A DNA stretch of 63,855 nucleotides, filler included, from Bigelowiella natans CCMP2755 (lineage: Eukaryota; Protista; Cercozoa): the NCBI GenBank assembly GCA_000320545.1. It is 8 parts of 8 records of this genome, joined end to end, with 100 filler letters (N's around TTAATTAATTAA, not from the genome) between each part and the next. Parts side by side here need not be neighbours in the genome. Positions count along the whole stretch, not along the records: positions 22,501 to 48,098 come from ADNK01003261.1; 7 more parts are not named here. One strand, 5' to 3'. Below the pieces are notes generated by a model that was not told the origin of the DNA, ran no database searches, and saw only the letters and a list, made by a program, of their open reading frames with translations. How positions within the stretch are numbered: position 1 is the stretch's first letter; each line of letters opens with the position of its first letter. Positions 25,319-40,239 of this stretch are shown piece by piece. The position numbers were made by a program, and so were the translations under genes.

Positions 25319-25732
25319 ATAGAATAATATGGGTATAGCATGCGATGATGCGTGTCTCTCCACACATGTGTGTTGTATTCGATTATTTATTCTTTTCTCG
25401 CCATTTTTTCCACAGCAAGGTGTATTATTGTCAAAGTTTCATTCTCACGAAAGACAACAAACAAATTCTTTTGCTCATGACTTCTGCTAGTCCTGTGCAC
25501 TAACTTCTGTTGTGTTTTTATGTCGCCACCTCGTCGGGTGAAGGAACGATTTCTCTGCTCAAATATCAACGGGATCTTAGGTGATGCTGTCAGTCGCTAT
25601 ATCAACGCACAGTCCCCTCCAAAAATTATAACATATATTCCATTGTTGCATTAACAACAAAAAATAAATTCTAAATAATATAGCACACTCACATACACAC
25701 ACACACAAAACCTAAAAATGTTACATAAATGC

Positions 25733-25775
<43 letters not shown>

Positions 25776-26006
25776 TGTGTGTGTGTGTGTGTGTGAATGT
25801 GTGCGCACGCGCGCGCGTGTGTGTTATCTACTGTATTCCTAGATTTTACGCCGATTTTAGATTTTTGGTTGCTCACCGTAGGGATATGTAAAGAGGAGAA
25901 AAGTACCGGCAGTAGGAGTCGTACTGATGGAGAAGATGATCATGAAGACCAGGAGCAAGATTTCACTCATCCGTTAACAAATTCACTTCCGGGAGGTGCG
26001 AACTGA
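22501..26006 (+). CDS. Multi-exon putative glycosyltransferase-like protein (RTRPD motif) with a Cys-rich C-terminus; 5' end missing
   Basis: In-frame GT-AG joins give ...NAVRASSCYQM|ILDHEKERGRKYSVIFRTRPDELLLWGG|DLRHLL...RCYRK|GWSCDHPLMVPRNLSDFVFAPYP|RCYLLDWA|QLLTRLEAF...|HCESGEGMFIECVLNW|WLESNNVHQLSFQELDVQ|IVRSCRRDQICDLHMC..., with last exon ...LPGGAN*. Confidence 0.55.
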
Positions 26007-26766
26007 TATAACAAGGAAAGGAACGATCATTATAGATATATTTTCTGCCCACATCATCAAGGAATAAGATGCAGATAGCTACTACGCCATAATCACGGCA
26101 GCAGCGCCCCACGATGCGCTAAAACATGTAAAATGCATGTGTATCTCGGGCAAATATCTGCGCCTAACTAGCTAATAGTCACATATAGGTCTAGAGGTGT
26201 ATGTAAACATCAAATACCATGTTCATGCATTAGACACGACGCGCGCAGTCTACCAGTCACAGACTAGTAGATGCCACAAGCTAGCAATGGGGGAAAATGC
26301 AGCCCACATCGCTAGATGTGCCTTCTAGCCTTGCTAGCTTCATCATCATGCACGTGCATGTGTGTGCGTAATAACTGGCTAGCTGGTATACAGCTAACTT
26401 GCACATCCACAGCACTGCATTGGATTGTCTCCAGCTAACCAGGGCACAAAATGCACATGCGTGTCTATGTCTAGATACATGATCTATTGGAATGTTCCAC
26501 GTCTAGACGTGTGTGAAGGAGCGCGCCGACACGCACATACATTTAACACACACATATCTACTAATCTTGCTAGCTTGGTGAATTAGGGCTGCGTGTCCAA
26601 GCATGCCTGCACATGATTTTTTTGTAATAACATAGAAAGTGCACATGAACATGTTTACAAATAATATAATAAATGAATCAAATGATTCGAAGCTGTAGCT
26701 ATCAACATGAAATCATCGATTACCCAGCTCAAAATTAGTTTTACATCCGATTAGATCTGAACGAAC

Positions 26767-27037
26767 TTAAGCTGACGAATGCAGCTTTGCCATACGTTGT
26801 TTCAGCAGCGCAGCAAGTTCAAGTGAAGTCAAACAGTGATTGTAAGCTTCTCCTCGAGAGAAGTGTTGGGCAGCCTGAGGCATACGCATAATTCGACATC
26901 ATACGTGCACGAAAGAAGAATAGTTCTCCATTCGAAGAAGGAAAGAAATATGACAGAAGTTTTGTTTTTCTGCAGGATGATTATGAAAGATTTAATCAAC
27001 GGAAATAAAAAGACGAAATATTTAAATTATATAATAT

Positions 27038-27112
<75 letters not shown>

Positions 27113-27349
27113 GACAAGGTTGGACATAGTGCTTGAAGTTTCCACTTACTTCTAATAATATCTGCAGAGATGTAGACAAATGCTTGTATGAACTCATAGC
27201 TGCTTCCGAAGCACGCTGAGAGACTCGCTAAAAAGAACAGATAGAAATTGAAATTGAGGCAATGTTGACTGTGGCAATATTTGTTTTGGAGTTTAAATGG
27301 TGAAAGCATAGGTCCATCAGTAGGATGTAAGCGGCTACCATTACCACTA

Positions 27350-27388
<39 letters not shown>

Positions 27389-28054
27389 GAGCTCTCCTAC
27401 CGCTGTCCCCTTTTGTAGGAAGAATCTTCCCAAGAATCGAAACTTCCGAAATGACATCAAGATTGTTGTCATTGCCTATTAAGCGAGAAAGTGAGATGGG
27501 CGATTGGAGGGGGTGGGGAGAAAATTCAAATTTCTCATCGACGTTAGTTGGTGACGTAATTCTAACTAAGATAGTATTCAACCTAGCTAACCACGTAGCA
27601 ATGTGTAGTATTATCATTATTATCAGCACCTCCTCGTCTGGGAGCGTCAGCCCGTCAAGAAATTGATCCAGATGAGCCTCGACGACTGATCGCGCTCGGA
27701 CTTCGAGACATCCTATGAGTCTGTTGTTGTGTTAAGATCCACTAGCTCTCAGTTTTGTTCTTATTTCACAAGACTCGGTCACGTACACACCATGCACATA
27801 CATCCCACTGATACAGAAAAACAGAAGCAAGTCTGTTCTTGATTCTTTTTGTTTGAATTACTGACATGCACAGAAAATAAAAAGCAGCGATAGTAGTAGA
27901 ATAGCAAAAAGCATCATCATCATCATCTTCCTCATCACCGTTTTAAGAGTGCTATTGCTTGTGGGGTGCCTCCCACATACTCAATAAGAGAACCCCCTCG
28001 CCCTCTTCTTGCAGCCAACAAAGGAGCGACCTATCAGACACAAAAGGGAAGTGA

Positions 28055-28108
<54 letters not shown>

Positions 28109-28785
28109 TGAAAAGAGCTTTGAATCAAAACCGCAAATTGATAAATAATAACAACAAGCCCTCCTCCTTTCCCGTTCCCTTTTGATTACCATTCTCCGAT
28201 GAGATGAGTTGGAAGATCTTAGCCACGTGTGATTATAAGCAATATTGGAATACAGTAGTAATAGAAATATGGAAATATAAGGGGGAGGGGGATGGTGCGG
28301 CAAGAACGTGCGTTAGGATGATAACACTTTACGCTAAAAAGCAGAGGAAAGTGGAAGAAAAAATGATTAAGCTCCGATTGCGACAACGATTTCGGAATAC
28401 AAAGAAGCTGCAACAATCATTTCCATCGTCGCCATCATCATCATCATCGTCATTATCAATTTTATAAACCATCATAATCATCATCATCATCATCATTATC
28501 ATCAATCATTATGATAATCATCGTCGTCATCATCCACACTTTCTGCTGGATCTTGGAGGAATCAAAAGAGCGCTGAGCACACATGCAGCGATATCGTAAT
28601 CTGTTGACATAACAACCCGGTACACAACAAAAACAGCAACAACAAGCAACAGCATAGCAGAGTAAGGATAAGTACCCAAAAAAATCCTAAATTGAGATAA
28701 TATTGGAAGACTAATGAAACGATGAGCACTTTTGCAATTTTCCGAAAAGTACCAGAAATAGCATACCAAATACTAATCCAAACTA

Positions 28786-28833
<48 letters not shown>

Positions 28834-29185
28834 ATACAAAGCAAGGATTGCAAATGTTTCCCACTGCCTTTCAAGGTAGATTACGGAAAGAAGATGTTGG
28901 ATATGCTTGATTGAAAATGATGAAGCAAAATTCTCCACGCACTCACCTCTAGTAGCAAGAAGTGTCATCACTCGCACAAGCATTCCACAAACAGATGCAG
29001 CAGTGCCTCCAGCCTGATGAATCAATACAAATGACGGTAACGTGATGCGATTAGACAAAATGATGCACATACTAAGGAAAAAGGTAACAACAACTCCTCT
29101 CAAATCATGCACTTATATTACAGCGGGGAGGAGAAGGGAAGACATCAATGCACAGTAGAATAAAGTCGTTTGCACCACATGCGTG

Positions 29186-29224
<39 letters not shown>

Positions 29225-29823
29225 CATGGAATTGCTGCCAGTGGAGGAGGAACCCTTAGGCCCTGCAGCGGAAGACATATTATGATTTGAAAGTTAGTAG
29301 GATATGCGATGAATACACTCGTTTGCACCTCTTTTGTTAACCATTATTACACAACACACACACACACACACACACACAATGACAATGATGACAATGATAT
29401 AGTTATATAGTTATATAATATATGTACTGGTTTATATGTACACACCTGTGGAGCTGCTGCCATCAAGACCAGGGCCTTCCGCCATTCCTGACTTGGCGTC
29501 TCCCCCTCTTTGCTCTCCCAATACCTTGATCTTACCTGTCGGGGAGTGAAAATGGTGAAGATGGAGGGGGGGCGCGGAAGAGGTTATGAATTGAAGCCGA
29601 TTCGGTATGAATTATCTCTCCTTAAAAGCAAGAAAAATTACTACTACTACTGCTACAAAGTGCAACTAGTAGTAATAGTGGTAGTACCATTCTTTATCGT
29701 GAAGTAGTAAATAGCATGTCGCACGAGTGAAGGGATCCGTTGACGCAAGGCCCTGCTGCTCCTTAATACTCCTGTGGAGTAGGAAGAAATAATGGGGAAC
29801 GATAGCTAAACAGGAAGCTTTTC

Positions 29824-29861
<38 letters not shown>

Positions 29862-31137
29862 CTCAAGAACCTTCAATTGAGAGGGCCTGAAAGTAGCAAC
29901 AGAAGGCATAACAAAGTGCCTGGATCTCGGTGCAAACCTGCCATCATTGAGTACAAGTACGGGGGGTGAGACTCATGAGGAGGAAGAGATTTTGCCTCCT
30001 TTCTTCTTCTTCTTCTTCTTCTTCTTCTTCTCTATCATCATCAACTTCTTGTCGAGAAGACATGATGCGTGGACAAAACGCCTCGGTCTGGTCGTCATTG
30101 AGTCTTTTGTTACTACTCGATTCATACATATCCTCTCTTCTTGTTCTTGTTCTTTTTCTTCTTACTACTACATTATCACATTATGAAAACTCACCCGCAA
30201 AGGTCCTCCTCCTGAGATTTTGTCTATATGTGATGATGATCGAAGATGCATATTCTGTGCCTCCACCCCGCTGCTACCGGTAACCCCCCCCCCAGCTCCC
30301 ATCCCCCCCCCACCCCTTTGCCGCCGTCTAGTCGTCTAGTATCTCCGCCCTCACGTACGTACGTACGTACGTGTAGATGAGGGCGAGGTTGTGTTGTGCG
30401 GCAAGCGTGAATCTTGGCCGAGGGCACGCTCAAATGCACGACCTAAGAGAACAAGACCCCCCCCCCCCCCCCCACACACACACCATGTACGACAAGTTAG
30501 AAAAAAGATATCCGTCTGGTGTACTACTGTCCATGAGCGAAAACATCATCATTATCATCATGCCAAAGAAAACCCCAAGAAGATAGATATCACTTCTGAT
30601 GTTTCTCTAGTCACACCCTCGCTCAAACTATGCTTCTGTTCTCTTCCCCCCTCCTCTTCCTCTTCATCCTTCTTCTTTTGCTTGTTCCCATAATACCGAG
30701 ATGTACGGTGTGCTTGGCATCAACAAAGCCAAAGAGGTATGCTATTTCCTTCTCTCGGTGGTTGTTTTCATCATAGCTACTGCCGCTGAGAGAGGTGTAG
30801 AAGAGGTATCAGGAGTGCATTAATCGTGTCCACACACAGAGAGTGAGAGAGAGACGCATACGATATTTGTTATGATCACTTTCTAAAGTAAACGATTTGT
30901 ACTGCAATGATGATGTTGCCAAGCCACTTATAAAACAAACAATTTGTACTGCAATGTTGCCAAGCGACGGTTCGTTTGCAGTTGTTTGATGATGACACCA
31001 CACACCACCGACCTTCTAGAACGCCATGCGGTGGGTGACATGAACGATTCTGCTAGCACGTCTGAAACCGTCTTAATGATACAACAAATCATATCATCAA
31101 CACATGGTGTTTCACACTATCACCAGTGATTCCATAT

Positions 31138-31187
<50 letters not shown>

Positions 31188-32293
31188 AGAGAGAAGAGAG
31201 ACGAGAGAGAGAATAAAATCGATATGCACAACTACTATTCACCTCTATTCGCAAGTTGAAACAGAGGCAGAAACGCCGAAATAGCTCTTGACAAGGGGAA
31301 TATCCAACAGCATGGTGACGCCAAGTCCAGGTCTCTGTTCTTCTTCCATGCTGATCAACCAACAACACCCACTGAGATAATGGACGTCACAGCAAATGCC
31401 ACTTCCTCCGTTTACATTAACAAAATACCACCCACTCTCTTTCCTCGCAAACATATTATTACATGTTTAGAATTATTGAACAACACGTGATACACTCCTA
31501 CTCCTCCTTCTCCTCCTACTACTACTACTACTACTACTACTCAATGAGAGTCCAGTGGTCAATCATCACAGCAGACCTACCTGCTGCTGAGAAACACCAC
31601 CCCCGCTAGTAGCACCACCACCCGCCAGGCGTCTTCGAGTAAGGTTGGGGATTCCACGACGTCGTTGAACCTAAGAAAGGGAAAGATAATATATACGGAG
31701 GAGGGCGAAGGGGAAACACAACCAATTTATATCATAAAACATCCTGCTATTCATTGCTATCAATTCACCATTATCATCTTTTTCGTCGTCGTCGTCGTCG
31801 TCATCATCATCATCATCATCCTCGTCAATATCATCAGACTTGCTGATCGAATCAAGAAAGGGCTGCTGCTGTGTCGATGATATCATCGTTATAAAGTGTA
31901 ATATTTGTGTCCAGTGCTGTGTTGTCTGTTTGTGCTCGGTTATCAACTACTACACTCACGCACCGCAAGTATGTTCCTTAGCAAGAGATATGGGCCTTGA
32001 AGCGTCGAGTTAGCATCACGATTTTTCTGGTAGTTAGTGGTGAAGGATGATGAGAGGGTCAAGTGCAGGTGCTACTGGTATGTGGGTGTATCATTATTAT
32101 CATTATTATTATCATTATTATTATCATTATTTTTTTAATATGTTTATCGTAGTACATCCTTAATCTCCAACATTTGAGCGGCATCGGCGAACGACCTAAT
32201 ATTCATGATTACAAAGATAAATGAAAGACAATGACAAAATGTAGTACGGACAATCGCAAGGACACTGTTTTATGTGTATGTGTGTGTGTGTGT

Positions 32294-32329
<36 letters not shown>

Positions 32330-34679
32330 TACGAGAGAAACACTGTTGATGATCCCTGTTTCACCCCCTATCAGACTACTTAAGATAGAAATGTGCTGCT
32401 GTAATAATGATTGATGGATCACCAGTCAAGAAAGCTTGCGACGTCGTAGAGCACATGTACACGCTTAAGCGTCCTCTTTCCGTACCAGCTGCATCTGTAG
32501 TAGGGGGTTGGGTGGTGAAATTGATGGAATTGGTGTGGATGATAAGAATTAGGCGGAGAAGACTGACTGTGAAATATTTGTCCTCCTCCTCCTCCTCTTC
32601 CTCCTCCTACTCCTACTACTACTACTACTACTCCTACTACTACTACTACTACTACTACCATTACCGTGTGATTTGATCCAGCATAAGAGAACGGTTTATA
32701 GCACTGGACAAATAATTCCCACGCAGAGATCCCAACATTGGATTGTGCCGTCGTATCAACTAAGGAAAGAGCATCATGAGAAGAAGAAGAAGAAGAAGAA
32801 GAAGAAGAAGGTACAGAATACTACGTTCCAGAAACACTGATGATGATGACGACGACGATGATGATGATGACAAAAACCATTCATTCTCACAACCAAGTGA
32901 TCACTTGATGAGAAGAAAACAGAGGTAATAATATTACCTCTACACTAGTTCGTGGGAGGTCTGGTGGAAGCTGGCGACCCTATTATAACAAAGCAATCAC
33001 CATATCATCATCGTCATCATCATCATCATCATCATGCCATTAAACTAAAAAGAGGAATGTACAAAAACAACAACAACAACAACTAAATCTATATCTGCAG
33101 GAGAATTGTTTATTCTACTCCTCCTCCTCCTCCTCCTCTCCTCCCCTCCCCTTTTTTCCGACTAATCGTGTACTGTGCGGTGCGTGACAACTAACCGGTG
33201 GGACTGAAGCAATTTTCAACGCGGTCTGTAGCAGAGCAAGGTCCCTGAAGCTGCTACTGATAAAAGGCCATCCTCCTCCTCCTCCTCCTCCTCCTCCTCC
33301 TCCTCCCTGTGCATGTACCGTACTGCCGTCAGTACCTACCTGTGTGACAACACGTCTTGATGACGATGATGCCGATGCCAATGAATGATGATGATGATGA
33401 TGATGAGGGGCTTCAGCAGCTCTTCGTCCCCTGCTTTTCCCTTCTCCTCCACCGCCGCTTGTTAAAGAATGATGGAACCCAGTAATCGCCACACCCCCCA
33501 AGTACATTGCCATGTTGGTATTGGAAACTCTGTGGTGGTAGTGAGTAGCATGAAAGCACGTGTAAGAAGGAGAAGGAGAAGGAGGAGGAGGAGGAGGAGG
33601 AGGAGGAGGAGGAGGAGGAAAGAGAAGAAGAGCAGAGAGTCTTAGAAGGAGTAGTGTATCAAAGTCGATAATATCGAGAGGAGGAGGAGGAGGAGGTGGT
33701 GGAGGAGGAGAAGCTTCATAAGGGAAGAGGGAGGGGTATGTTGTCCTCCACCGTGCTACTACCTTCTAACAAAACACAGCCCAAATATGTTGTTGTTGTT
33801 GTTGTTACACAGAAATAATATCAACAATGTATACTAATACATTTATAAGTCATTATCCGCAGCATTGGAAAAGTAGTAGCTCATATTGTTCCGTTAGGCG
33901 GTGTATACTACGACACGCACACATGGGCATCATTCATGGTGCATAGAATAATACTCGAGAGCTTTCAGGGGGCTGAACTCAACTGACGCTTGCTCCTCCA
34001 GCAGGTACCTGGGTGGATTTATGATAACATAACTCTGCTGTTTTGTTTCATCTCTATGGTCGTTTGTCGAGATATCGCTCAGATTGATTGAATAGTAAAA
34101 ACCACGGTGAAGAAAAAGAAGAAGAAGAAGAAGAAGAAGACGCCTCACATGCGGGTAGCTAATAGTGCGTAGTGAAGAACAAAAACTTTCGACGACGACG
34201 ACGACGACGACTTGAACTATCCATAGCAGCATGTAATGCTACACTACATACACACATAGCAGTAGGAATCACATAGCAACGACGAGAACAGTAATGCATC
34301 GAATTCACCGGAGCTTTAACTGTAGTCACATCATTTGTATGACTCGGATTTGAATTACATAATGCTTATTATTGGTAGAAGATCACACTACCCGATGAGT
34401 ATATCTGAATTACGGATGTCTTCGGCGTCTACAAGATCGAACGATTCCGTTCTCTCACCAACATCTCCTGCACCAGTAAATACACCGTGTAATGTTAACT
34501 CTCACTACTATTTAGATTCCACTCAAAGCAGCTGATTTCACATAAGGATTGAATGCACGTGGTGTTTCTAATTGTTGTTATTTTCCACCAATCACGCATA
34601 TCCACGATTCCCCCCGTCTGTTCTTGATTTTCGGAGCTGTCACTCCTCCTCCCCCCCACTCTCTGTCTCTCTCTCTCTG

Positions 34680-34731
<52 letters not shown>

Positions 34732-35293
34732 TTTTCCCCCCCTCCCTCCTCCACCCATTACCAAGCAAGATGTTAGGAAGATCCAATGAAGAGGATGATG
34801 ACGAGGTTTCTGCTGCTGCTGTTGCTGTTGCTTTTGACCCTCTTCCTTCTCCTTCTTCTTCTCTTTCTTCTTTGTTGTCTTTTTGCTCCTCGCTGTTACC
34901 AACTCCCTTCTTACCCTTACGAATCTTTCCCTCACGACCTTGGCTCTTCTTCTTCTTCTCTCCACTTGCTTGTGAGGATGATGATGAGGAAGAAGGGTTA
35001 TTTGACGGAGTATTGCCCCGGATTTTCCGTTTTGAAGCGTTGCTGTGTTGTTCTGTAGCCTCAATAGGTTTGTCGGTCCTTCCAGCACCCTTCTCATCTC
35101 TGATGCTGCTGCTGCTGCCAAGATTAGCATTAATATCCAATACGTTTCTGCTGCTACTGCTGCTGTGGGATGTGCTGTATGCTTGGATACCTATATTAGA
35201 AAATATTGATAGAAAAGGTGGAATATCATATCTTTTGAGTCAGGTCAAAGGAGGAAGGAGGGGGAAATTATGTACAATGCGGAAGGTAGCTAG

Positions 35294-35328
<35 letters not shown>

Positions 35329-36557
35329 ATTGAAATTGACTCTATATTGAATCAGCGAAAGGGAAGAGGAGCAACTCACGGGCATGGGCAGGGGCGAGGA
35401 GGACACGGCAAACCTGAGCATTAATAGAGTGAACACCACCAAAGACGATGATTAATTGTGTGTGTATGTGTATGTGTATGTGTGTGTGTGTGTGTGTGTG
35501 CGTGTTGTCGCTAGGCACCACCACCACCACCATCACATTCATCATTACCTCAATATATGCAAGATCTAACGCTCTTTGATTTCTTCTTTTGAGTGAAAGG
35601 CCCTGTGGTGCTGTGGGTCCAGCATCCAAGTAGAATGATCTAAAGAGACAAAAGAACAAGAAGAAGAAGATTTGTGTCAGTATAGAGAGAGATATTTAGA
35701 AGAGCAACAAGAGAAGAAGAATGCGACATACCATACAACTCTCCTAATCTCTTTCTATATATACGAACGACGTCGTTTTTCACCACTACATATTCAACAT
35801 TGATGTGCTACTACTATCACCACCTTGGATCGAGGTTTCGGAGCGCAATGTTGCTTCTTTTAGCTGAGATAGCGAGCGACAGGTTGTTGTTGTTGTTTTT
35901 GTTGCTGGAATCCCCTACAATTTTAGAAGTACTACCTTAATAGTTTTCCTAATATCAATTTCACTGATCCTTAAGACTATTCCGCCCCCCCCCCCCCCCC
36001 CCCCCCACAAATATATACAAAAAATGTGTGTACATATATGTATATATATTTATATACAAGTGTATATTACTTGTACCTGACGATCGCAATTGGTGGCGAC
36101 GCAGCGAGGAGTCGTACTTATCGACATATGTCGTCAACAGTCGTACCTTTCAGGTTTTTAGTGGTCATCAATTTGCATGATGCGAGTTATTTGAAATGGT
36201 AACAATATCGATCATTTATCTCACTAACTTCCTTGTTCGTTAGTTGGTCCTCATAGACGGATAGCTGCTGAGAGAAGAATAGAATCCGCTGCTGGAGGCT
36301 CACACGCACCCGTTGGAACTCTGATGCACATCTTCATTGACAGTAAAGAAAGAGAGAAGTTATTATTGATGATAACGGTTTTTGTTCTATCCGTACTTTT
36401 TCGTGCTTTCTGCCTCACTAAGCTATCATGAAAGCAACGTGAGGGTCGACATGATGCTTTTCTTCATCATCATCATCATCATCATCATACTCTTCATGAT
36501 CGTCACCACCATGCCCATAACCGCCACCATTTATATATCTACCACAACACTCACGGC

Positions 36558-36588
<31 letters not shown>

Positions 36589-38093
36589 AAACTCCACCAC
36601 CCATCATCTTCCCTTTAATAACCCAAATACTGTTAGTACTCTTTCCAAAAGCTGATCCGTTCCTCAGCAAATTCCCATAGAAAGCTGTCCCGTAACTCAG
36701 CCTGATAGAGAGAGAACATCACTCAGACTACTCGTTTTAGTTCAAACGAAGAAGAAGAAGAAGAAAACAATCTTAATGAAGAAAATAGTACCTTCACAGC
36801 CAGAGCCTCTTCCATCGCAGGGTGCATACTTGACGAATATGCCTACATTGTTGTATCTATAATCGACACTTCTCACTAAATTGTTATTATTCTGTGTTTA
36901 AAAGCAGTTCCATATTCTCTATTATTATTAGTTTTACTACAAGTTTGATTCAAAATGAATGGATCACTCCTCACCTCTTCCTCCTCCTCCTCCTCTCCAA
37001 ACGGTAATTCCTCTCGCCTTGACACAAGCACGCCAAAAGCCCATACTTCTCTGGTTGAATTTTTTCCTCTTCTATTAACGCTGTCGTTGTTGCTGCTTCC
37101 AGTTTTTCCTCTTCCTCCTCTTCTTGCTGCACCACCATAGTCATTGGCAGCATTTCTACGTCCTCGTCGTTGTCGTCGTCGTCGTCCATTTGACTGGTGA
37201 CGATCATCGAAGCTTCCACCACCGCTGGGTATGCCTTCTCGCCCATTGTTATGATTTCCACCATGATGATCATCATCTTTGTTGAACTGCTTGTTATCAA
37301 CAAGATCTTCATCATGGTCTCCTCCTCCTCCTCCTCCTCCTCCTCCTCCTCCGTTCTCCCCAAGAAGGATTCTCTTCACCTTTCGCACATCTTCCATAAT
37401 GGGAGCAAGCGCTATGGGGAGGAGCGTATCAGCTTCTGACCTGATGTCTTGTTCTATAGCTTCTCTCTCGTCCTTCTCATCCTGTGTAGAGGAAGAGGAG
37501 GAGTGGTAGTAGTAGGGTGTTATCATTCTCTTTGTTGTCTCCTCCTTCCTTGCTGCTGCTGCTGTCACCCTGCTGTTCCCTTCACGAGACGACGATGACG
37601 ACGACTGCATATCATCAGGTCTATCATCCAGTTGTTTTTTCGTTTTCTCCTCTGTGTCATGGCGAAATTTCATTAGAGTAGTTGTTTTGTTCCTCGTAGT
37701 GTCTTTTGCTGCCTTCCTCAGTGTACGAGCAAGGTGCCTCGAGGAGAGATTTAAATCTTCCACACAAACCTAACGAGAGGGAGGATTGTAGAAAAGGTGA
37801 TCGATATACGTATGGTGAAATGCTGTACGAAGAGAACATAAGATGGCAAGCAGCAGCGGGGACGATAATCGACCGACACATCACCGTATGGAGAAATAAC
37901 AAATAACTAGTTATTGCGTATGAGGATGTTTTCGGTGGAGAGCGTTGATGCTGATATCATATACTACGGAAGAGCACTGGCATCTTTCTGCTCATCATAC
38001 CTCTTTCCTCAAAACTTGTCTAGTCATTGGTTGCTGTTCTATGTTGAATCTCGATGACTTTCTCTTTTCTCTCTCTCCGTCTTCTTTCACACA

Positions 38094-38133
<40 letters not shown>

Positions 38134-38554
38134 TACACCTCTACGACATTGACGATGCTAATTCCCAGAGATGCCAATACACCAGGGTTGTGAAGATCCG
38201 AGAGATACCTTACGTTACACATGATGATGGAAGACGTTAAACGACGACGACGACATGAAAAAAAAGGTAGTATGGTGATCAATTTATCCACCGAAAAAGA
38301 AGAAGTCTATTGTCTTGCTTTGTGATATGATGAGAAGAGATATTGTTAAATTAGAATACGTTCACTATTTATACGTCGGAATGGATTCAAAGAATCAACG
38401 TAAATAGGTGTGTGTCTTATGTTTTCTCTAACAACGCATTCTGCTGTCATGGGCTCTGATCTATCTATTCCCTCCTCCCTCCATCCCTCTCTCCCTTTTA
38501 TATTAAGAAACCCGTCTGGTGCGCCAATCCGCCGCTCCACCGCGCTAAGAACCT

Positions 38555-38586
<32 letters not shown>

Positions 38587-39091
38587 TTTCGTAGGATTAC
38601 TACTTCGGTCAGAGGAACAGAGTCGTCGATTGGGAAAAGGAGAGGAAGGTAGAAGATATTTATTATTTTGGAAGGACACTACTATGCTACCTCACGACTA
38701 TCAACGCTGGGGCCTCCTCCTCCTCCTCCTCCTCCTCCTCCTCCTACTCCTACTCCTCCTCCTCGACCCCTTCCATTGGTGCTCATTGAGTGGTGATGAT
38801 GATGATGATGACGCCGATGATACTGCATATCATCTTCTACATTCATAGCTGAGGGAAAAAGATGATGGTACAGAATGTGATAAGAACAAAGATACTGACA
38901 GATGCTAGGTGCTAGGTAGTAGCAAGTGTGACATATTTGACAAGGATGACGACGATGACAAAGGTTAATTCTGACCAACAACACCATGGTTATAATTGAA
39001 CGAAATGAAGCACCTTCGTGATGGCCATCATCGTCCTCCTCCTCAACAATATGATTTTCATCCATTGATCCTTCTGAACGTTTGTATCCGG

Positions 39092-39125
<34 letters not shown>

Positions 39126-39457
39126 GTCATCAACATCGTCACCATCACCATAGGATATAACGAAGTGGTCACTACTTATACCATCATCATCATCTTTTTC
39201 ATTTACAACATTGCACCATCTCAACATCTCTCAATTTTACACACTAGCTTTGAATAACCTTTTTGTATCCTACCCCCCGGACTCGAAGACGGCATCGACG
39301 CATGATGCGTGTGGTACGAAAATGAAGGGGGAGGCGGAGGCACGGAAAGTCTTTGTGTTAGCGGATGAGCGAGAACATCGAGAGCATTGGCGTTAAACAG
39401 CCCACGGATAAGCATAGATAATTCAAAAGCCTGTTATTATTCATCAATTGTTGTTAA

Positions 39458-39489
<32 letters not shown>

Positions 39490-40182
39490 GATGATGAGAT
39501 GATGATGAGGTCTATGATGTCAAGTAGTAACATTTGGTGGCAAGTAACATATGAACAACCAACATCATAATGATTTTTGATGTTGATACAGCCCTTCTTG
39601 CAATTTCAGGCTGTACTGTTATTGCAGAATACATATGATTTTACTAGTAATGTAGCCTTGAGAAGAAATAATTTGAATTTAGGCAAGAAGGAGGGTTACG
39701 ATGCATTGTGTATTAAAACATCATCATGTATATGTGATAATCATATTTGATAGTAAACTGTAACGGGATCGCTTTGTTTGCTGACGACGTCTGCTACATA
39801 CAGCTACTACCAGCCGACTATTACCACCACCCACCACCACCACCACTACTTTATACTACTTGCTACTACTAGTAGTAACACCTCTTCAGCAAGTAATAAT
39901 CTTCTCTCTTTTGCCGGAGGCTGTGTGTAGGGCTTGAAGCTTGCCTTTCCTGCAACCGACAAGGCAAAATGGGAAAATAGCAGCAGCAGCAGCAGCATAT
40001 AGCAAAGCAACCAACAAATACCAGTATGAGAAAGAAGAAGAAGAAGAAGAAGAAGAAGAAATACGAGAATAGTACATATGAAATTCCTTTGCTGCTTCGA
40101 TAGACAACACGATCATTACCATCACTATACAATCTCCTGATTGCCTTAAAAGGATGATTCTACTCTTCTCTCTCTGTCTCTC

Positions 40183-40239
<57 letters not shown>

